DNA of 64,000 bases from an uncultured Spirochaetota bacterium (lineage in GTDB: Bacteria; Spirochaetota; Spirochaetia; SZUA-6; Fen-1364). Both the position numbers and the translations under genes were made by a program. Within the stretch, counting starts at the first letter, position 1, and each line of letters opens with the position of its first letter. The notes beneath the pieces were generated by a model. The model made no database searches and was not told the origin of the DNA. It saw only the letters and a program-made list of their open reading frames with translations. Below are positions 36,786 to 48,700 of this stretch, one piece after another. Where the stretch lies: the NCBI GenBank assembly GCA_963820525.1, contig CAWGAA010000001.1, positions 3,072,001 to 3,136,000 of the forward strand. Reading direction: 5' to 3'.

Positions 36786-38306
36786 TCACACTCCTCCGGG
36801 GGTGATTTCGCTCTCTTTTAGCAGGATGTCGTGGGCCCCGCCTTCGCGGATGCTGACGGCGGAAGCGAGGGTGATCCGTGCCCTCTTTTGAAGCTCTCCA
36901 ATGGAGGCCGCGCCGCAGCTCACCATCGTCGCCTTGATCTTGCCCAGCGTGACGTCGAGGTTGTCCTTGAGCTTGCCCGCGTAGGGAACGTAGCCGTCCA
37001 CGCCCTCCTCGAAGACGAGGTGCTGGGACCCTCCGTCGTCGTAGCGCTGCCAGTTTCTTGCCCGGTTGGAGCCCTCGCCCCAGTACTCCTTGACGAAGTT
37101 GCCTCCGATGCGCAGCCGTCTTCCCGGCGCCTCGTCGAATCGGGCGAAGAAGCGCCCCATCATCACGAAATCCGCGCCCATGGCGAGGGCGAGGACGATG
37201 TGGTAGTCCAGCACGATCCCGCCGTCGGAACAAATGGGGATGTAGGAGCCGGTTTTTGCGTACAGCTCGTCCCGCGCGGCGGCGACCTCGATCACCGCCG
37301 TGGCCTGGCCGCGGCCGATGCCCTTCTGTTCGCGGGTGATGCAGATCGAGCCTCCGCCGATTCCCACCTTGATGAAGTCCGCGCCCGCGTCCGCCAGGTG
37401 GCGGAAGCCTTCGGCGTCGACGACGTTCCCGCCGCCCACTTTCACGGCGCTCCCGAAGGTCTTTTTGATCCACCGGATCGTCTCGGACTGCCATTCGGTG
37501 AATCCGTCCGAGGAATCCACGCACAGAACGTCCGCCCCCGCGTTCACGAGGGCCGGCACCCTCTCGGTGTAGTCTCGGGTGTTGATCCCCGCGCCGACCA
37601 CGAGGCGCTTGTTGCCGTCCACCAGCTCGTTGGGGTTCTCCTTGTGCTCCGCGTAATCCTTCCTGAACACGAGGTACACGAGGTTTCCCGAGCGGTTGAT
37701 CACGGGCAGGCAGTTGAGCTTGTGCTTCCAGATGAGGTCGTTGGCTTCCTTCAGGCTGATCCCTTCCTCCCCGTAGACCAGGTCGGGGAACCTGGTCATC
37801 ATGTCTCCCACGCGCGCATCGGGCTGCGCGGTGGACAGGCGGTAGTCGCGGCTGGTGAGGATGCCCAGGAGCTTGCCCGTCGGCGAGCCGTCCTGCGTGA
37901 CGGCCATGGTGGTGTGTCCGGTCTTTTCCCTCAGGGCGAGCACGTCGCGAAGCGTCGATTCCGGCTTGAGGTTGGAGTCGCTCGCCACGAACCCGGCCTT
38001 GAACTTCTTCACTTTCTCCACCATCTCGGCCTGACGCGCGATGGGCTGTGAGCCATAGATGAAGGAGATGCCGCCGGAGCGGGCAAGGGCGATGGCCATG
38101 GAGTGATCCGAGACCGCCTGCATGATGGCGGAGACGAAGGGGATGTTGAGCTGGATGGCCGACTCCTCCCCTTTTCGGAAGCGCACCAGGGGGGTCTTCA
38201 GCTGGACCGCCTCCGGCGTGCAGGTCTTTGCCGTGAGGCTCGGGATGAGCAGGTATTCGCTGAAGGTGTGGGAAGGCTCTGAATAGAAATGCGCCATCGC
38301 TTTCAT
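36786..38306 (-). CDS. guaB: IMP dehydrogenase
   Basis: [11 protein letters not shown] pair, [30 protein letters not shown]. Confidence 0.95.
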   Translation of the reverse strand: MKAMAHFYSEPSHTFSEYLLIPSLTAKTCTPEAVQLKTPLVRFRKGEESAIQLNIPFVSAIMQAVSDHSMAIALARSGGISFIYGSQPIARQAEMVEKVKKFKAGFVASDSNLKPESTLRDVLALREKTGHTTMAVTQDGSPTGKLLGILTSRDYRLSTAQPDARVGDMMTRFPDLVYGEEGISLKEANDLIWKHKLNCLPVINRSGNLVYLVFRKDYAEHKENPNELVDGNKRLVVGAGINTRDYTERVPALVNAGADVLCVDSSDGFTEWQSETIRWIKKTFGSAVKVGGGNVVDAEGFRHLADAGADFIKVGIGGGSICITREQKGIGRGQATAVIEVAAARDELYAKTGSYIPICSDGGIVLDYHIVLALAMGADFVMMGRFFARFDEAPGRRLRIGGNFVKEYWGEGSNRARNWQRYDDGGSQHLVFEEGVDGYVPYAGKLKDNLDVTLGKIKATMVSCGAASIGELQKRARITLASAVSIREGGAHDILLKESEITPGGV

Positions 38307-38779
38307 TTTCCTCCTGATGGTGGGAGCCGGGGTTGGTCCGGAAGCGCGGTCCACGCCACGCGCCAGCTCCCCTCTCGATAGTCGAGGCAGATCATGCCCC
38401 CGCGCTGGAACGTCACCGCCGGCGGCTCTTCCCGCCCTGCTACCAGGTGTGTCGCGAGTCTCTCCATGAAGGGGAGGTGGCCCACCACGATGCGCTCTTC
38501 GGTCCATGTCCGGACCCGCGATGCGAAAGGCTTCACCGGATCCATGGGATCGAGCCCCGCCGACGAGCTTACGGGAACGTCGAGGCTTTCCGCGATGATC
38601 TCGGCGCTCTGGGCTGCGCGCAGCTTTCCGCTGTGGATGACCTCCACGACGGAGACCCGAAAATCCTTGAGCGCTTTGGCCAGGCCCTCGATGTCCCTCC
38701 TCCCCTTGGCGGAGAGGGGTTTCTGTGGATCCACCGCCTCGGAAAGATTGTCCCCGTGCTGCACGAGGTACAGTCTCAT
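38303..38779 (-). CDS. sixA: Phosphohistidine phosphatase SixA
   Basis: LYLVQHG, HSGKLRA, VGHLP. Confidence 0.85.
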   Translation of the reverse strand: MRLYLVQHGDNLSEAVDPQKPLSAKGRRDIEGLAKALKDFRVSVVEVIHSGKLRAAQSAEIIAESLDVPVSSSAGLDPMDPVKPFASRVRTWTEERIVVGHLPFMERLATHLVAGREEPPAVTFQRGGMICLDYREGSWRVAWTALPDQPRLPPSGGK

Positions 38780-38962
38780 GGAGGGAGCATATAGAGATGA
38801 GTGAAAAGCTTCAAGGCGCCGGGGCGCTCTGCCGGTTATCGAGTTCCCACCCGGACGCTCCGCGGCGTCACGCCGATGCCCCGCCACCGGCCGCGTGCTT
38901 GAATCAGCCCTTGCCCGCTTGAGAGCCCCGGCCGCGCCCGAGTCAGCCCCCGCGTGCCCGAG

Positions 38963-39850
38963 TCAGCCCGCCACCCCGTTCAGCGCCATGAGGACCTTGT
39001 AGAGACCCTGCGTCCCCAGGTTCTCATACCCGAGAGCCATGGCGGCGACGTAGAACTGGTTGACCAGGGCGAGCCCCGGAAGGGCCAGCCTCATGCGGCG
39101 GGCCTCGTCCAGGGCGATCCCCATGTCCTTGACGAAATACTTGATGAAGAATCCGGGGGCAAAGTCGCCCTTCACGATCCGCCTGCCCAGGTTGTTGAGC
39201 GAAAATGAGGCGGCGGCGCCCTTTCCGATCACGTCGATCACCGCGTCGAGCCCGAGCCCGGCGCGGAAGGCGTACAGGAGGGATTCCACCACACCCACCA
39301 TGGAGGAGGCGATGATGATCTGGTTCGCCATCTTGGTATGCTGCCCGCTTCCCGGCCCTCCCATGAGCGCTATTGTTTCTCCCATGAGGCGGAAGAGGGG
39401 AAGCGTTTCTTCAAAGGCGGCGCGTTCTCCGCCCACCATGATGGCGAGCTTCGCTTCGCGCGCGCCGACGTCCCCGCCTGAAACCGGCGCGTCGAGGGCT
39501 GCCACCGAGAGCTTGGACGCCTCGGAGGCGATCCGCCGCGCGAGCGACGGCTCCGAGGTGCTCATGTCACAGACGATCGCGCGCGAAGGCACCCCGGCCA
39601 GGATTCCGTCGCCGCCCAGGTACACCTGCTCCACATCAGAAGGAAAGCCGACCATGGTGAAAACAACCCCGCTCCCGGCGGCCACCTCTCTGGGGGTGGA
39701 GCACCACAGCGCCCCGGCGGCCAGAAGGTCCGCCGCTTTCACGCGCGTGCGCGTATACAGGCGAACTTCGTGTCCGGCCGCCAGTATGTGGCCGCACATC
39801 GATTTCCCCATGACACCCGTCCCGATCCAACCGACCTTCCGCTTTTCCAT
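38963..39850 (-). CDS. NAD(P)-dependent oxidoreductase, 3-hydroxyisobutyrate dehydrogenase family
   Basis: GWIGTGVMG, DAPVSGGDVGA, GQHTKMANQ, KDMGIAL. Confidence 0.9.
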   Translation of the reverse strand: MEKRKVGWIGTGVMGKSMCGHILAAGHEVRLYTRTRVKAADLLAAGALWCSTPREVAAGSGVVFTMVGFPSDVEQVYLGGDGILAGVPSRAIVCDMSTSEPSLARRIASEASKLSVAALDAPVSGGDVGAREAKLAIMVGGERAAFEETLPLFRLMGETIALMGGPGSGQHTKMANQIIIASSMVGVVESLLYAFRAGLGLDAVIDVIGKGAAASFSLNNLGRRIVKGDFAPGFFIKYFVKDMGIALDEARRMRLALPGLALVNQFYVAAMALGYENLGTQGLYKVLMALNGVAG

Positions 39851-40023
39851 CGTATTCCTCCGATATGATCCCCGCGGTATCCCGCCTGCAAGCGGATGAT
39901 AGCTCACTCGTAGCGCTCCTGTACATGCCATGAGGTTTTTACAAAACTTTTACGCCGAATTTTCCTCCCCATGACATGGGACCCCGCCCGCCCGGGTAGG
40001 CTCTCCCTTATGGAGGAGAAAAA

Positions 40024-41028
40024 ATGAAAGCGAGATTGCTCGGTCTTTCCTGCGCCCTCTGCCTGATGGCCGCACAGGCCGTATCCGCCCAGGATGCTAA
40101 GCTGCTCTGGGACACGCTCGGCTCCCTCTCCCCGGGCACGCCGGCAGTGTCCGCCAACCTCACCGTGATTCCGCTCGTCGCGTCGAAGCCGCGGAGCTCG
40201 GCAGGCTATACGACGCTCGACGAAGCGATGCGGAAGGGTTGGCTGGAGGTGACGGAGCTGGACGGGGGAAACGTTCCCCGGGTCAAGCTCACGAACAAAA
40301 GCGACAGGATCATCTATCTCATGGGCGGGGAGATCCTCACGGGCTGCCGCCAGGACAGGATGATCGGAAACGACGTGATCATCGGAGCCAGGGCGCGTGA
40401 CGTGATCCTGCCCGTCTATTGCGTCGAGCACGGAAGGTGGACCTCCACATCTTCCCGTTTCAGCTCGAAGCAGGTCCTGGGCACCTGGGGCTTGAGATCC
40501 AAGGCCCGGGCCGCCGAGCCTTCCGCTCAATCCAAGATCTGGGACGAGGTGGCCGACATCTCCCAGGCGAACAAGACGGACTCGGAAACGGGCGCCTATC
40601 AGGAGATTTATGAGAACGGGAAGGTGAAGGACCGGATCGCGGAGCTGGAGAGCGGATTGAAGGACATTCCCCGCTCGGCCGCAGGGATCGTCGGCGCCGC
40701 CTGCGCCGTGGGCGGGCGGATCGTGAGCATCGACGTCTTCGCCGACCCGTCGCTCTTCCAGCGGATGTGGCCGAAGATCCTGCGCTCGACGGCTCTCTCC
40801 GCGATCAGCGAGGGAGGCGAGGGCGCGGCAAGCAAGGAAGGCGCCGTGCGTTTCCTCAAGTCCCTCATCGGCTGCAAATCGACCATTGTCCGCGCGGCGG
40901 GCCTGGGCTGGGAGCTTCGGGCCAGCTCCCTGCCGATGAGCGCCCTGCTCTACGATGGCGCGGTGGTTCACATGGCGGGATACCCCCAGGGGATTCAACC
41001 CACAGTTCTCCAGGGAGGACAGGAATAA
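40024..41028 (+). CDS. Exported ARPP-1/DUF6569-like protein
   Basis: Signal peptide; GEILTGCRQDR, VYCVEHGRW, QSKIWDEV. Confidence 0.7.
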   Translation: MKARLLGLSCALCLMAAQAVSAQDAKLLWDTLGSLSPGTPAVSANLTVIPLVASKPRSSAGYTTLDEAMRKGWLEVTELDGGNVPRVKLTNKSDRIIYLMGGEILTGCRQDRMIGNDVIIGARARDVILPVYCVEHGRWTSTSSRFSSKQVLGTWGLRSKARAAEPSAQSKIWDEVADISQANKTDSETGAYQEIYENGKVKDRIAELESGLKDIPRSAAGIVGAACAVGGRIVSIDVFADPSLFQRMWPKILRSTALSAISEGGEGAASKEGAVRFLKSLIGCKSTIVRAAGLGWELRASSLPMSALLYDGAVVHMAGYPQGIQPTVLQGGQE

Positions 41029-41139
41029 CGGCGGCGGGGCGCCTTCCCGCCGTCACGAGGCGACGGGAGGCGCTTTTTCTGCTACAATGTTTGGAGGGCC
41101 CGATGCGGCCTGGAGCCTGCTCGGGCGCACGGCGCGAGA

Positions 41140-43425
41140 ATGAAGACACGGGAGTTGCTCTCGAAAATCGGCCTGACCCGCCTCAAGTCCCAATACCTGG
41201 GGGTGATCTTCATTTTCGCCGTCATCGTGCCCAGCATCCTTCTGGCCGTCCTCTCCATCCGCGCCGCCGGCCGGGAGGAGGCGTACGTGGAGAAGCAGCT
41301 TCAGACCGCGCTCCTGGCGGAGGTCATCCACACCGCCACCCTTGCCGACGCGGAGGTCAAGGAGATGGCCGAAGAGCTTCGCGAGAGCCTGGATGTGCCT
41401 CCGGGCGAAGATGGAGGCTCCGCTCTTTCCCGCTGGAAAGCCGCAACACCTCTGGTAGGCGTTCCCTTCCTCCTGTCCGCCCGCTACGCGATCCTCCAGC
41501 CCCGCCTCTCCGCAACGCTCCATGAGAGCGAGCGCTCATTCCTGGAGGAGAACGCCGAGTTTCTTGCAAACAAGACATCAATCACCCTGTACCGGAACAT
41601 CGCGCTCCTGTACAAAGAGGAGATTCTCGCCGAATCAACGAAGATGAAAAACGAGCCTTCCCGTGCCGACGCGCAGGGCGGGGGGGCTGGCCCCCTCGGT
41701 GAGTCCGCCGCGGAGGAGGCGGCGCAGCAGGCCGCGGGCGGACAACGGGAGACCGCCCCCTCTGTTGAACAGGCAGTCGCGCAGAATGCGGCCCCGCCGG
41801 CTCCGCAGGCCGCCCAGGATGCCGCCTCGGTAGCTGCGCGCCCCGCTGCCATGCAGGCATCTCCCCCGCCGGCTCCGCAGGCCGCCGGGCAGGAGGCTGC
41901 CCCGCGGTCCTTGCAGGCGGCGGAAAACCCTCCTGCCGGTTTTCTGGCCAAGAAGGACAACCTCGAACAGCCGCGGGAGGAGGAAAAACTCAAGGAGTCC
42001 CCCCAGGTTGCCGCAGAGGCGCCCGCTGCCCCAGATCGCGTCCCGTCGTCCTCCTCGGCTCAAAGCGACGTCCTGTCCACCCAGAAGGCGATCGACGTGT
42101 TTACAGCATCCGAGCCGATCCGCCAGAAGGTCTACAGGCAGGCGAAGGAAAAAGGGGAAACGCTCAACAAGCGCATCGTCTCCCCCGCTGCCCAGACATC
42201 AAAGCCCTCCGCGGCCGAGGATCAACAGCAGTCGTTCCTGGTGACGGAAACGGGGAAGTTCAGTCAGATCGCCTCCGGCGCGGAGTACGGAATCATTCCG
42301 CGCTTTGTCGGCGAGCGGATCACCTTCCTTTTCTGGGAGAGGCAGAAGGAAGGGCGAATCGCCGGCTGCGGGATCGACTCGACTGCGTTCAAAGACCGCA
42401 TCGCGGGCGTGATAACAGCCTCCTACTCAACGGCGCGGATCCTCGCCATTCTCGATGAGAGGGGAAATCCGCTTGCCCCCCCGCAGGACGCGGGAAGCCG
42501 CGACTGGCGGCGCCCCTTCGTGTCGCAGGAGATCGGCGAGTCTCTGCCCCGCTGGGAGGCCGCAAGCTATCTCTCGGATCCCCACGAGATTTCCTCCCGC
42601 GCCCACGCATCCTCCCTGGTGATCTGGGTGCTCGTGCTGATCCTCTTCGTCTCCGTGGCCAGCGGCGGCACCCTGGTCCTCACCTCCCTGGCCGGGGAGG
42701 TCCGCCTGGCCCGCAACAAGGCGACCTTCGTGACCAACGTGTCCCACGAGCTGAAAACCCCGCTCACCTCGATCAGCCTCTTCGCGGAGCTCTTGAGGAA
42801 GGGCAAGCGCACAGACCCGCGCAAGGTCGAGCAGTACCTCTCCCAGATCTCGGGGGAAACCGAGCGGCTCACGCGGCTGATAAACAACGTGCTCGATTTT
42901 TCCTCGATGGAGCGGGGCACCAAGAAGTACGCGTGGGCGACCGTCGATATCGCGGACGTCTGCCGCGAGGCGGTCGAAGGCCAGAGAGTCGGGCTTGAGA
43001 GCCGCGGCTTTTCACTTGAGTTCCTCTCGGGCAAAGAGGACCTTTCCGTGAGCGCCGACGCGGAGGCGATCAGGCAGGCGCTCCTCAACCTGCTCTCCAA
43101 CGCGGAAAAGTACTCGCCGCAGAACAAGGAGATCGAGGTCGAGGTGTCGCAGGAAGGGAGTGCCGTCGGGATCCACGTGCGCGACAGGGGGATGGGAGTG
43201 GCGGAGAAGCACAGGGAGCGGATCTTCCAGGAGTTCTTCAGGGCCGACGATTCTCTCACCTCCCGCGTCCGCGGAACCGGCCTGGGGCTTTCCATAGCGC
43301 GGAGGATCGCGCGGGACCACGGAGGCGACATCACCTACAGCCCGCGCCCCGGCGGGGGAAGCGAGTTCACGATCCGGCTGCCCCGCGCCCGAAGCGGCCG
43401 CGCGGAAGGCGGGGAAGAGCCATGA
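41140..43425 (+). CDS. Sensor histidine kinase
   Basis: Two TMs, NVSHELKTPL, NLLSNAEKY, DRGMG, GTGLGL. Confidence 0.92.
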   Translation: MKTRELLSKIGLTRLKSQYLGVIFIFAVIVPSILLAVLSIRAAGREEAYVEKQLQTALLAEVIHTATLADAEVKEMAEELRESLDVPPGEDGGSALSRWKAATPLVGVPFLLSARYAILQPRLSATLHESERSFLEENAEFLANKTSITLYRNIALLYKEEILAESTKMKNEPSRADAQGGGAGPLGESAAEEAAQQAAGGQRETAPSVEQAVAQNAAPPAPQAAQDAASVAARPAAMQASPPPAPQAAGQEAAPRSLQAAENPPAGFLAKKDNLEQPREEEKLKESPQVAAEAPAAPDRVPSSSSAQSDVLSTQKAIDVFTASEPIRQKVYRQAKEKGETLNKRIVSPAAQTSKPSAAEDQQQSFLVTETGKFSQIASGAEYGIIPRFVGERITFLFWERQKEGRIAGCGIDSTAFKDRIAGVITASYSTARILAILDERGNPLAPPQDAGSRDWRRPFVSQEIGESLPRWEAASYLSDPHEISSRAHASSLVIWVLVLILFVSVASGGTLVLTSLAGEVRLARNKATFVTNVSHELKTPLTSISLFAELLRKGKRTDPRKVEQYLSQISGETERLTRLINNVLDFSSMERGTKKYAWATVDIADVCREAVEGQRVGLESRGFSLEFLSGKEDLSVSADAEAIRQALLNLLSNAEKYSPQNKEIEVEVSQEGSAVGIHVRDRGMGVAEKHRERIFQEFFRADDSLTSRVRGTGLGLSIARRIARDHGGDITYSPRPGGGSEFTIRLPRARSGRAEGGEEP

Positions 43426-44129
43426 AGGAGCGCATCCTGGTGGTCGAGGACGATCCGGCGATCCTCTTGGGGCTTTCGGACCTCCTGGAGGACGAGGGAT
43501 TCGTCGTCGAACAGGTATCCGACGGAAAGGCGGCCCTCGAGTGCTGGGCGCGGGCGAAGCCGGACCTGGTTCTCCTGGACGTGATGATCCCGGAGAAGAG
43601 CGGCTTCGACGTGTGCCGGGAGATCCGCCTCAAGGACTCCCTCACCCCCGTGGTCATGCTGACGGCCAAGGGCGAGGAAGTGGACAAGGTGGTGGGGCTG
43701 GAGCTGGGAGCCGACGACTACGTGGTGAAGCCCTTTGCCGCTGCGGAGCTCCTGGCCCGCATCCGTGCCTGCCTGCGGAGGTCCCGGGCGCGCGCTCATG
43801 AGGGAAGCGGGGCGGGGGAGGAGCGCATCATAGAGTTCGCCGACGTTTCGCTTGACCCGCGCACCCTCATGGGGAGGAAGGGGGAAGCGCGGTTCCCCGT
43901 GTCTCCCCGGGAAATGAAGCTGATGCGGATGTTCGTCCAGCGGGAAGGCGAGGCACTGGACCGGTGCACAATTCTCGACGTCGTGTGGGGAATCCGATAC
44001 GAGGGAACCACGCGGACCCTGGATCAGCACATCGCCGGCCTGCGAAAGAAAGTGGAAGATGATCCCGCCAATCCCCGCTTCATCACGACGGTGCACGGGG
44101 TGGGCTACCGCTTCTCTTCAGAGGGGTGA
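43422..44129 (+). CDS. OmpR-family response regulator
   Basis: VVEDD, LLDVMIP, GADDYVVKPF, TVHGVGYR. Confidence 0.95.
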   Translation: MKERILVVEDDPAILLGLSDLLEDEGFVVEQVSDGKAALECWARAKPDLVLLDVMIPEKSGFDVCREIRLKDSLTPVVMLTAKGEEVDKVVGLELGADDYVVKPFAAAELLARIRACLRRSRARAHEGSGAGEERIIEFADVSLDPRTLMGRKGEARFPVSPREMKLMRMFVQREGEALDRCTILDVVWGIRYEGTTRTLDQHIAGLRKKVEDDPANPRFITTVHGVGYRFSSEG

Positions 44130-44219
44130 GGGGGCGCCGGCGCTGGATACGAGTAGAAAGTCGCGCGGCGGCGGGCGGGGGCGCCGGCCCCGCGAGAGGG
44201 CATCCGGGGCGTCCGCGAG

Positions 44220-44867
44220 TCAAATGGCCAACAGCCGATACAAGACGTCGAAGACGAGGAAGGTGGTCACCCTTCCGATGGGCAGGATGTCGATCTTGGA
44301 GAAGCGCTCCACCACGATGAGGCCGAGGAGCGCGAGGGAGCCGTAGCGGAAAAAGTTCACCGCAGCCGCGGTATTCCAGCGCGTCAGGAACACGGAGATG
44401 AGATGAGAGCCGTCCAGCGGAGGGATGGGAAGCAGGTTGAACAGGGCGAGGCCCAGGTTCATCGCCGCGGCCAGTGTGAACACGGTGAACACCTTGCGAA
44501 GCATATCGGGCGAAGTCGACGGCGCAGCCAGAAGAAACGCCTTGAAGAGGAGCGCCGCGAAGACCGCGAAAAGCACGTTGGAGATCGGACCGGCAAGGGA
44601 TATGAGGATCTCGTCCCGCCTCGGCCTCTTCAGCTTGCTCGTATCGATCCTCACCGGCTTCGCCCAGCCGAATCCCGCGATGATGAGAAGAATGAAGCCG
44701 ACGATGTCGATGTGCGCCATGGGGTTCAGGGTAAGCCTCCCGTCCCGTCTCGGGGTGTCGTCCCCGAGCCTGATAGCCATGAGGGAGTGGGCGAATTCGT
44801 GGACCGTCAGGCTGATCACGATGATGGCGATCCGAAGCAGCAGGTCGGGAAGGGTCAGATTCAACAC
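44220..44867 (-). CDS. Site-2 protease (M50)
   Basis: HEFAH, AGP..N, FNLLPIPPLDG. Confidence 0.9.
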   Translation of the reverse strand: MLNLTLPDLLLRIAIIVISLTVHEFAHSLMAIRLGDDTPRRDGRLTLNPMAHIDIVGFILLIIAGFGWAKPVRIDTSKLKRPRRDEILISLAGPISNVLFAVFAALLFKAFLLAAPSTSPDMLRKVFTVFTLAAAMNLGLALFNLLPIPPLDGSHLISVFLTRWNTAAAVNFFRYGSLALLGLIVVERFSKIDILPIGRVTTFLVFDVLYRLLAI

Positions 44868-45114
44868 GAACGGGTCTCCTTGAGCCGCATGCCTTGGTGA
44901 AGGACGAGCTTGGCCGCAGTTGGCAACTCTATCAGTACCAGCCGAAGGTCCGCAAGGCCTCGGCTTTCTCCGCTCGAGCCGGCGACGGCCGCTCCCGTGA
45001 AAATCCGCCGCGCGCTCCAGTGGAGCCCGCCGCTGCTGTATCAACCCGCCGCGCTCGCCCCGGCGCAACCCTGCCGCCCATAATGCTTTCGTGATAGAAT
45101 CGCCGTACCATACC

Positions 45115-45693
45115 GTGAGCACAAAATCAGGCGCTGTCTTTCGTTTCATGGCCGCTGCTCTCCTGATCTCTCTCGGCGGCTGCCAGACTCCTGCGCTGGC
45201 AGTTCAAGCTCCCCAGGAGCCCGTCGCAAGGCCTGCGCCCGAATCGCTTTACCTGGAGCCGCTCGCCCTGGGAGACATCCAGCTCTCGGTCACCAGGGGA
45301 AAGGCGTCGGCGGTTTTCGAGGGCAAGGATTTCACGCTGGCGGTTCGCCCGCTCTCTTTTCCCTATGGCGGCAGCTTCCTTATCGTGAGCATCAGAAACA
45401 AGACGGAGCGGGCGCTCAGGTTCAGCGAAGAGGCGACGTATCTGGAAGCCTCCGATGACGGAGAAGTCTGGTCGGAGAGCAAACTGGCCGGCCCCGAGAC
45501 GGGGCGGGATCTCGGTCCCCTGCGCGACTATCAACCTCTGAAGGAATCAGACGTGCTTGCCAAATCCACTTTTGAAGGCTATATCGAGATCGACCTGGAG
45601 GCAGCTCACCCGCGCCACAAGCTCTACAGGCTGAGCCTCGGCGTCGGCGACACGACGACCCTGTTTGAGTTCCTCAGCGTCCCTGCCCAGTAG
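45115..45693 (+). CDS. Lipoprotein, hypothetical
   Basis: Lipobox LGGC; start uncertain. Confidence 0.55.
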   Translation: MSTKSGAVFRFMAAALLISLGGCQTPALAVQAPQEPVARPAPESLYLEPLALGDIQLSVTRGKASAVFEGKDFTLAVRPLSFPYGGSFLIVSIRNKTERALRFSEEATYLEASDDGEVWSESKLAGPETGRDLGPLRDYQPLKESDVLAKSTFEGYIEIDLEAAHPRHKLYRLSLGVGDTTTLFEFLSVPAQ

Positions 45694-45755
45694 CAGCATT
45701 GGCCCGCTCCAGACTGGGGCGGGGGCTTCCTCCTGACGCCGCGGCTCTGATTCGG

Positions 45756-48700
45756 TCAGCCGCTGAAATCGAAAAATACTTCCATGCGCTTCACTTTGCC
45801 CGTGCGCTGGAATATCGCCGTGCTCGTTTCGGCGTCGAGCTCCAGCCCGTCGAACGCCTCGAGCGATCCATCGTCGACGCGAACCTCGATGCGCCTGCCT
45901 CCGGACAGGTGAAGGACGACCGGCACCTGGCAGATCGTAAAGGCGAGGGTGCCCGGGCCCAGCTCCAGGACGCTCCGGGCGCCTTCCAGATCGAAGAAGC
46001 GGAATCGTGCCGGGTTTTTCAGGAACTCATCTCGCGCCACCAGGGCGGGGTCGAAAGAAATCCGCCCGCCGACGATGCGCACCCCCATTTCGCCCAATCT
46101 GGTGATGATGTCTTCCTTTACCTGGCCGGTCATGCCGGGCTGCTGCGCGCCGGCGAAGCCGGGCGTGTGGGAGTACGGGTCAGTGGGGATGGCGCCGTAC
46201 TGGCGGGGAGACTTATGCACCCCGATTCCCTCTCGAATATCGCGGTACGCGGTTCTCAAGGAGTCCACCGTTTCGGCGCTTGCGCCGGCCTCTATCGCTC
46301 GCGCCAGCACCTCGTGCACGGCCAAAGCCAGCTTGGAGACCATGTGCCAGTAAACGCAGCCCAGCCCCTCGTACTTGAAAAAAGCTCCGGATCTGCCCGT
46401 GAAAGATTCATGATCGAAGACCTGCTCGTACAGCTCCAGGAGAGTCTTCCCTTCATCTTCCACGAGCGGGCCATACTCCCCCTTCAAGCCCTCCAACGCT
46501 TCCCTGAGAAGCTCCGCGTTCCTGAAAGAGCCGTTGAAGTGGGCTTCTCCTTCAACGTCCCTGATCGCGATGCGCCGGTCTCCCTTTCCGAGCATCTCGC
46601 GCAAAAGCTTCGACTTCTCCACCGCGCGGCCCGGGATCCTGTTTTTCTCGAGGAACCGGGGAAGACGGCGGTCGGGGTAGAGGAGGTAGCTGTTCTGGTC
46701 TTCGCGGTACAGGCGGCTCGAGCGAAGCGTATCGAGAAGCGCGGCAGACTCCTCCGGTGAAAGCGCCCCCGAGCTCAGCACGGCCACCTGCCCCTCGAGC
46801 ATCTCGGAGAGGCGCCGGATCGCGATCCGCTGCCCGTCGATCACTCTCATCACGTTATACGAATGATACAGACCGTCCGGCCGCCTGTTGGCGCGGATCG
46901 AGTGGTCGACGTGCCGAAGCGCAATCCCGGAGAACTCCTCCAGCTCCGAAGCATTCACCGCCACGCGCATCTCTGAGAATCCCCGGGAATAGATCCCGCT
47001 CCTGTAATCGCTTCCGGCCTTTCCCAAAAGGTCCAGGACCGCTTTTCGATCTCGATCCGATATCGGACCATCCAGCAGGGGCGTGGAGTGAAGAAGGGCT
47101 TCGCGCGTCCGCTGGAAGAGCGTGAAAACCTCTTCGGAGATTTCCATCTCCCGCGAAGCGGCCGAGGCGAAAAGGCCGCTTGAGAACGCGAGGAACCTGC
47201 GAAGGTAATAGAGCGTCACCATGGAGACGCCGTAGCCGACGAGCGCGTTGTTCGCGTCGTTCCACTCCGGCCGCTGCGTGTTCATCCAGATGCCGGCCTC
47301 GGGGATGTAGTTGGAAAGCCGCGTGAGCACGAGGAGGAGGAGCTTCTCGGTCAGGTTGACGCGGTAGGGAGAGCCGTCCCGGCTCGAAAGCGACTTGCCT
47401 TCCGCTCCCATCCTGGCCGCGCGGGCCAGGATCTCCTCGCTTCTGGCCGCGGCGAACTCGATGGTCTTTCTGGGATTCTCGAGCATGGCATCGTAGCCCT
47501 TGATGCGGTAGGGGACGTTCGCGTAGGTGAATACGGCCCGTGAGAGCAGGCCGTCGAGGGCATCGGGGTGATAGCGCGTCGACTCTTCCAGCAGCTTCAA
47601 GAGATAGATCACCTGGTGATCTCCCCAATAGCCGATGAACGACCACGCGTCGTGGGGGTTGATCACTTCCCAGTCGAAGCCCTCACGCGTGATCCGGTAG
47701 GGGTTGTAGCCGTCCGCGGTCGACGCATCGACGAACTTGAAGATCATGCTCTCGATGTACCCGGGAAAGGAGAGGCAGAGCGCTTCCCAATTCTGGAAGA
47801 TGTCGCGCCAGTTGCCCTGGTAGTTCCTGATTTTCAACCCGTGCTCGTCCTTCACCTCGATGGCGAAATTGTTCCAGGGCCGGCTGGGGTCGCCGTGGCG
47901 CCGGCTGAAGGTGAGGGGAAGGTACTCGTGGGTCAGCCTCTCCAGGTCGGGATCTCCACGGCCGCGGGCAAGCGCCAGGAGATCGCCATGGAGGATCGTC
48001 TCGGGCAGGGGCGTGAAAAAGTCCCTCTGCTCTTCGGCCACCCTTCGGTTGGCATTCCGCACGAAGGATTCCAGGTCCTGGCGGCTGATGCGGTAGCCGT
48101 CATCGGGCACCCCCCCGCGCATCACGTTGAACAGGGTGTTGGAGAAATGGCGCCAGGTTGCTAGGTGATCTTCAGTGAGCTGGAGGCCGTCGCTGCTTGC
48201 GGCTATCCGCACGAGATTCTCGGTCCCCCGCGCAACGTCGCGCTCTACCTCGGCGGCGAGATCGCCATTCCCCCTCAGGGCCTGGAGAGTCGCTTTCACG
48301 TTCGCGGCGTCCTGGTTCACGTCCGCAACGACGTGCCATTCCCTGCGGCAGTTGGAGGGAAGCGCCAGGCCTGCGCTCACCAGATACGCTCCCCGTCTTC
48401 CGCGGACCTCCGTTTCCTCGAGAACCGACCCCTCGCAGCGAAATCGATCGATCTGGGATACCGAGAGGAGCGTCTTCCTGGACTGAAGCCCGCCGCACCA
48501 GACGGTGGTCACCCTGAGGGCCTCGCTCGGCTCCGCCTTGTCCATGGGAATCGAGCTGAGCTTGAACAACCCCAGACCCGTCTCCGCCTCGAGCTCGCTT
48601 TCCCTGTATCCGTCCGCGAGCGTGCTGTACATGAGCTGGAAACGATTGGTGAGCCCGTAGGGCATGACATTCTGGATGCCGTCGAGAATCTCGACCGCGG

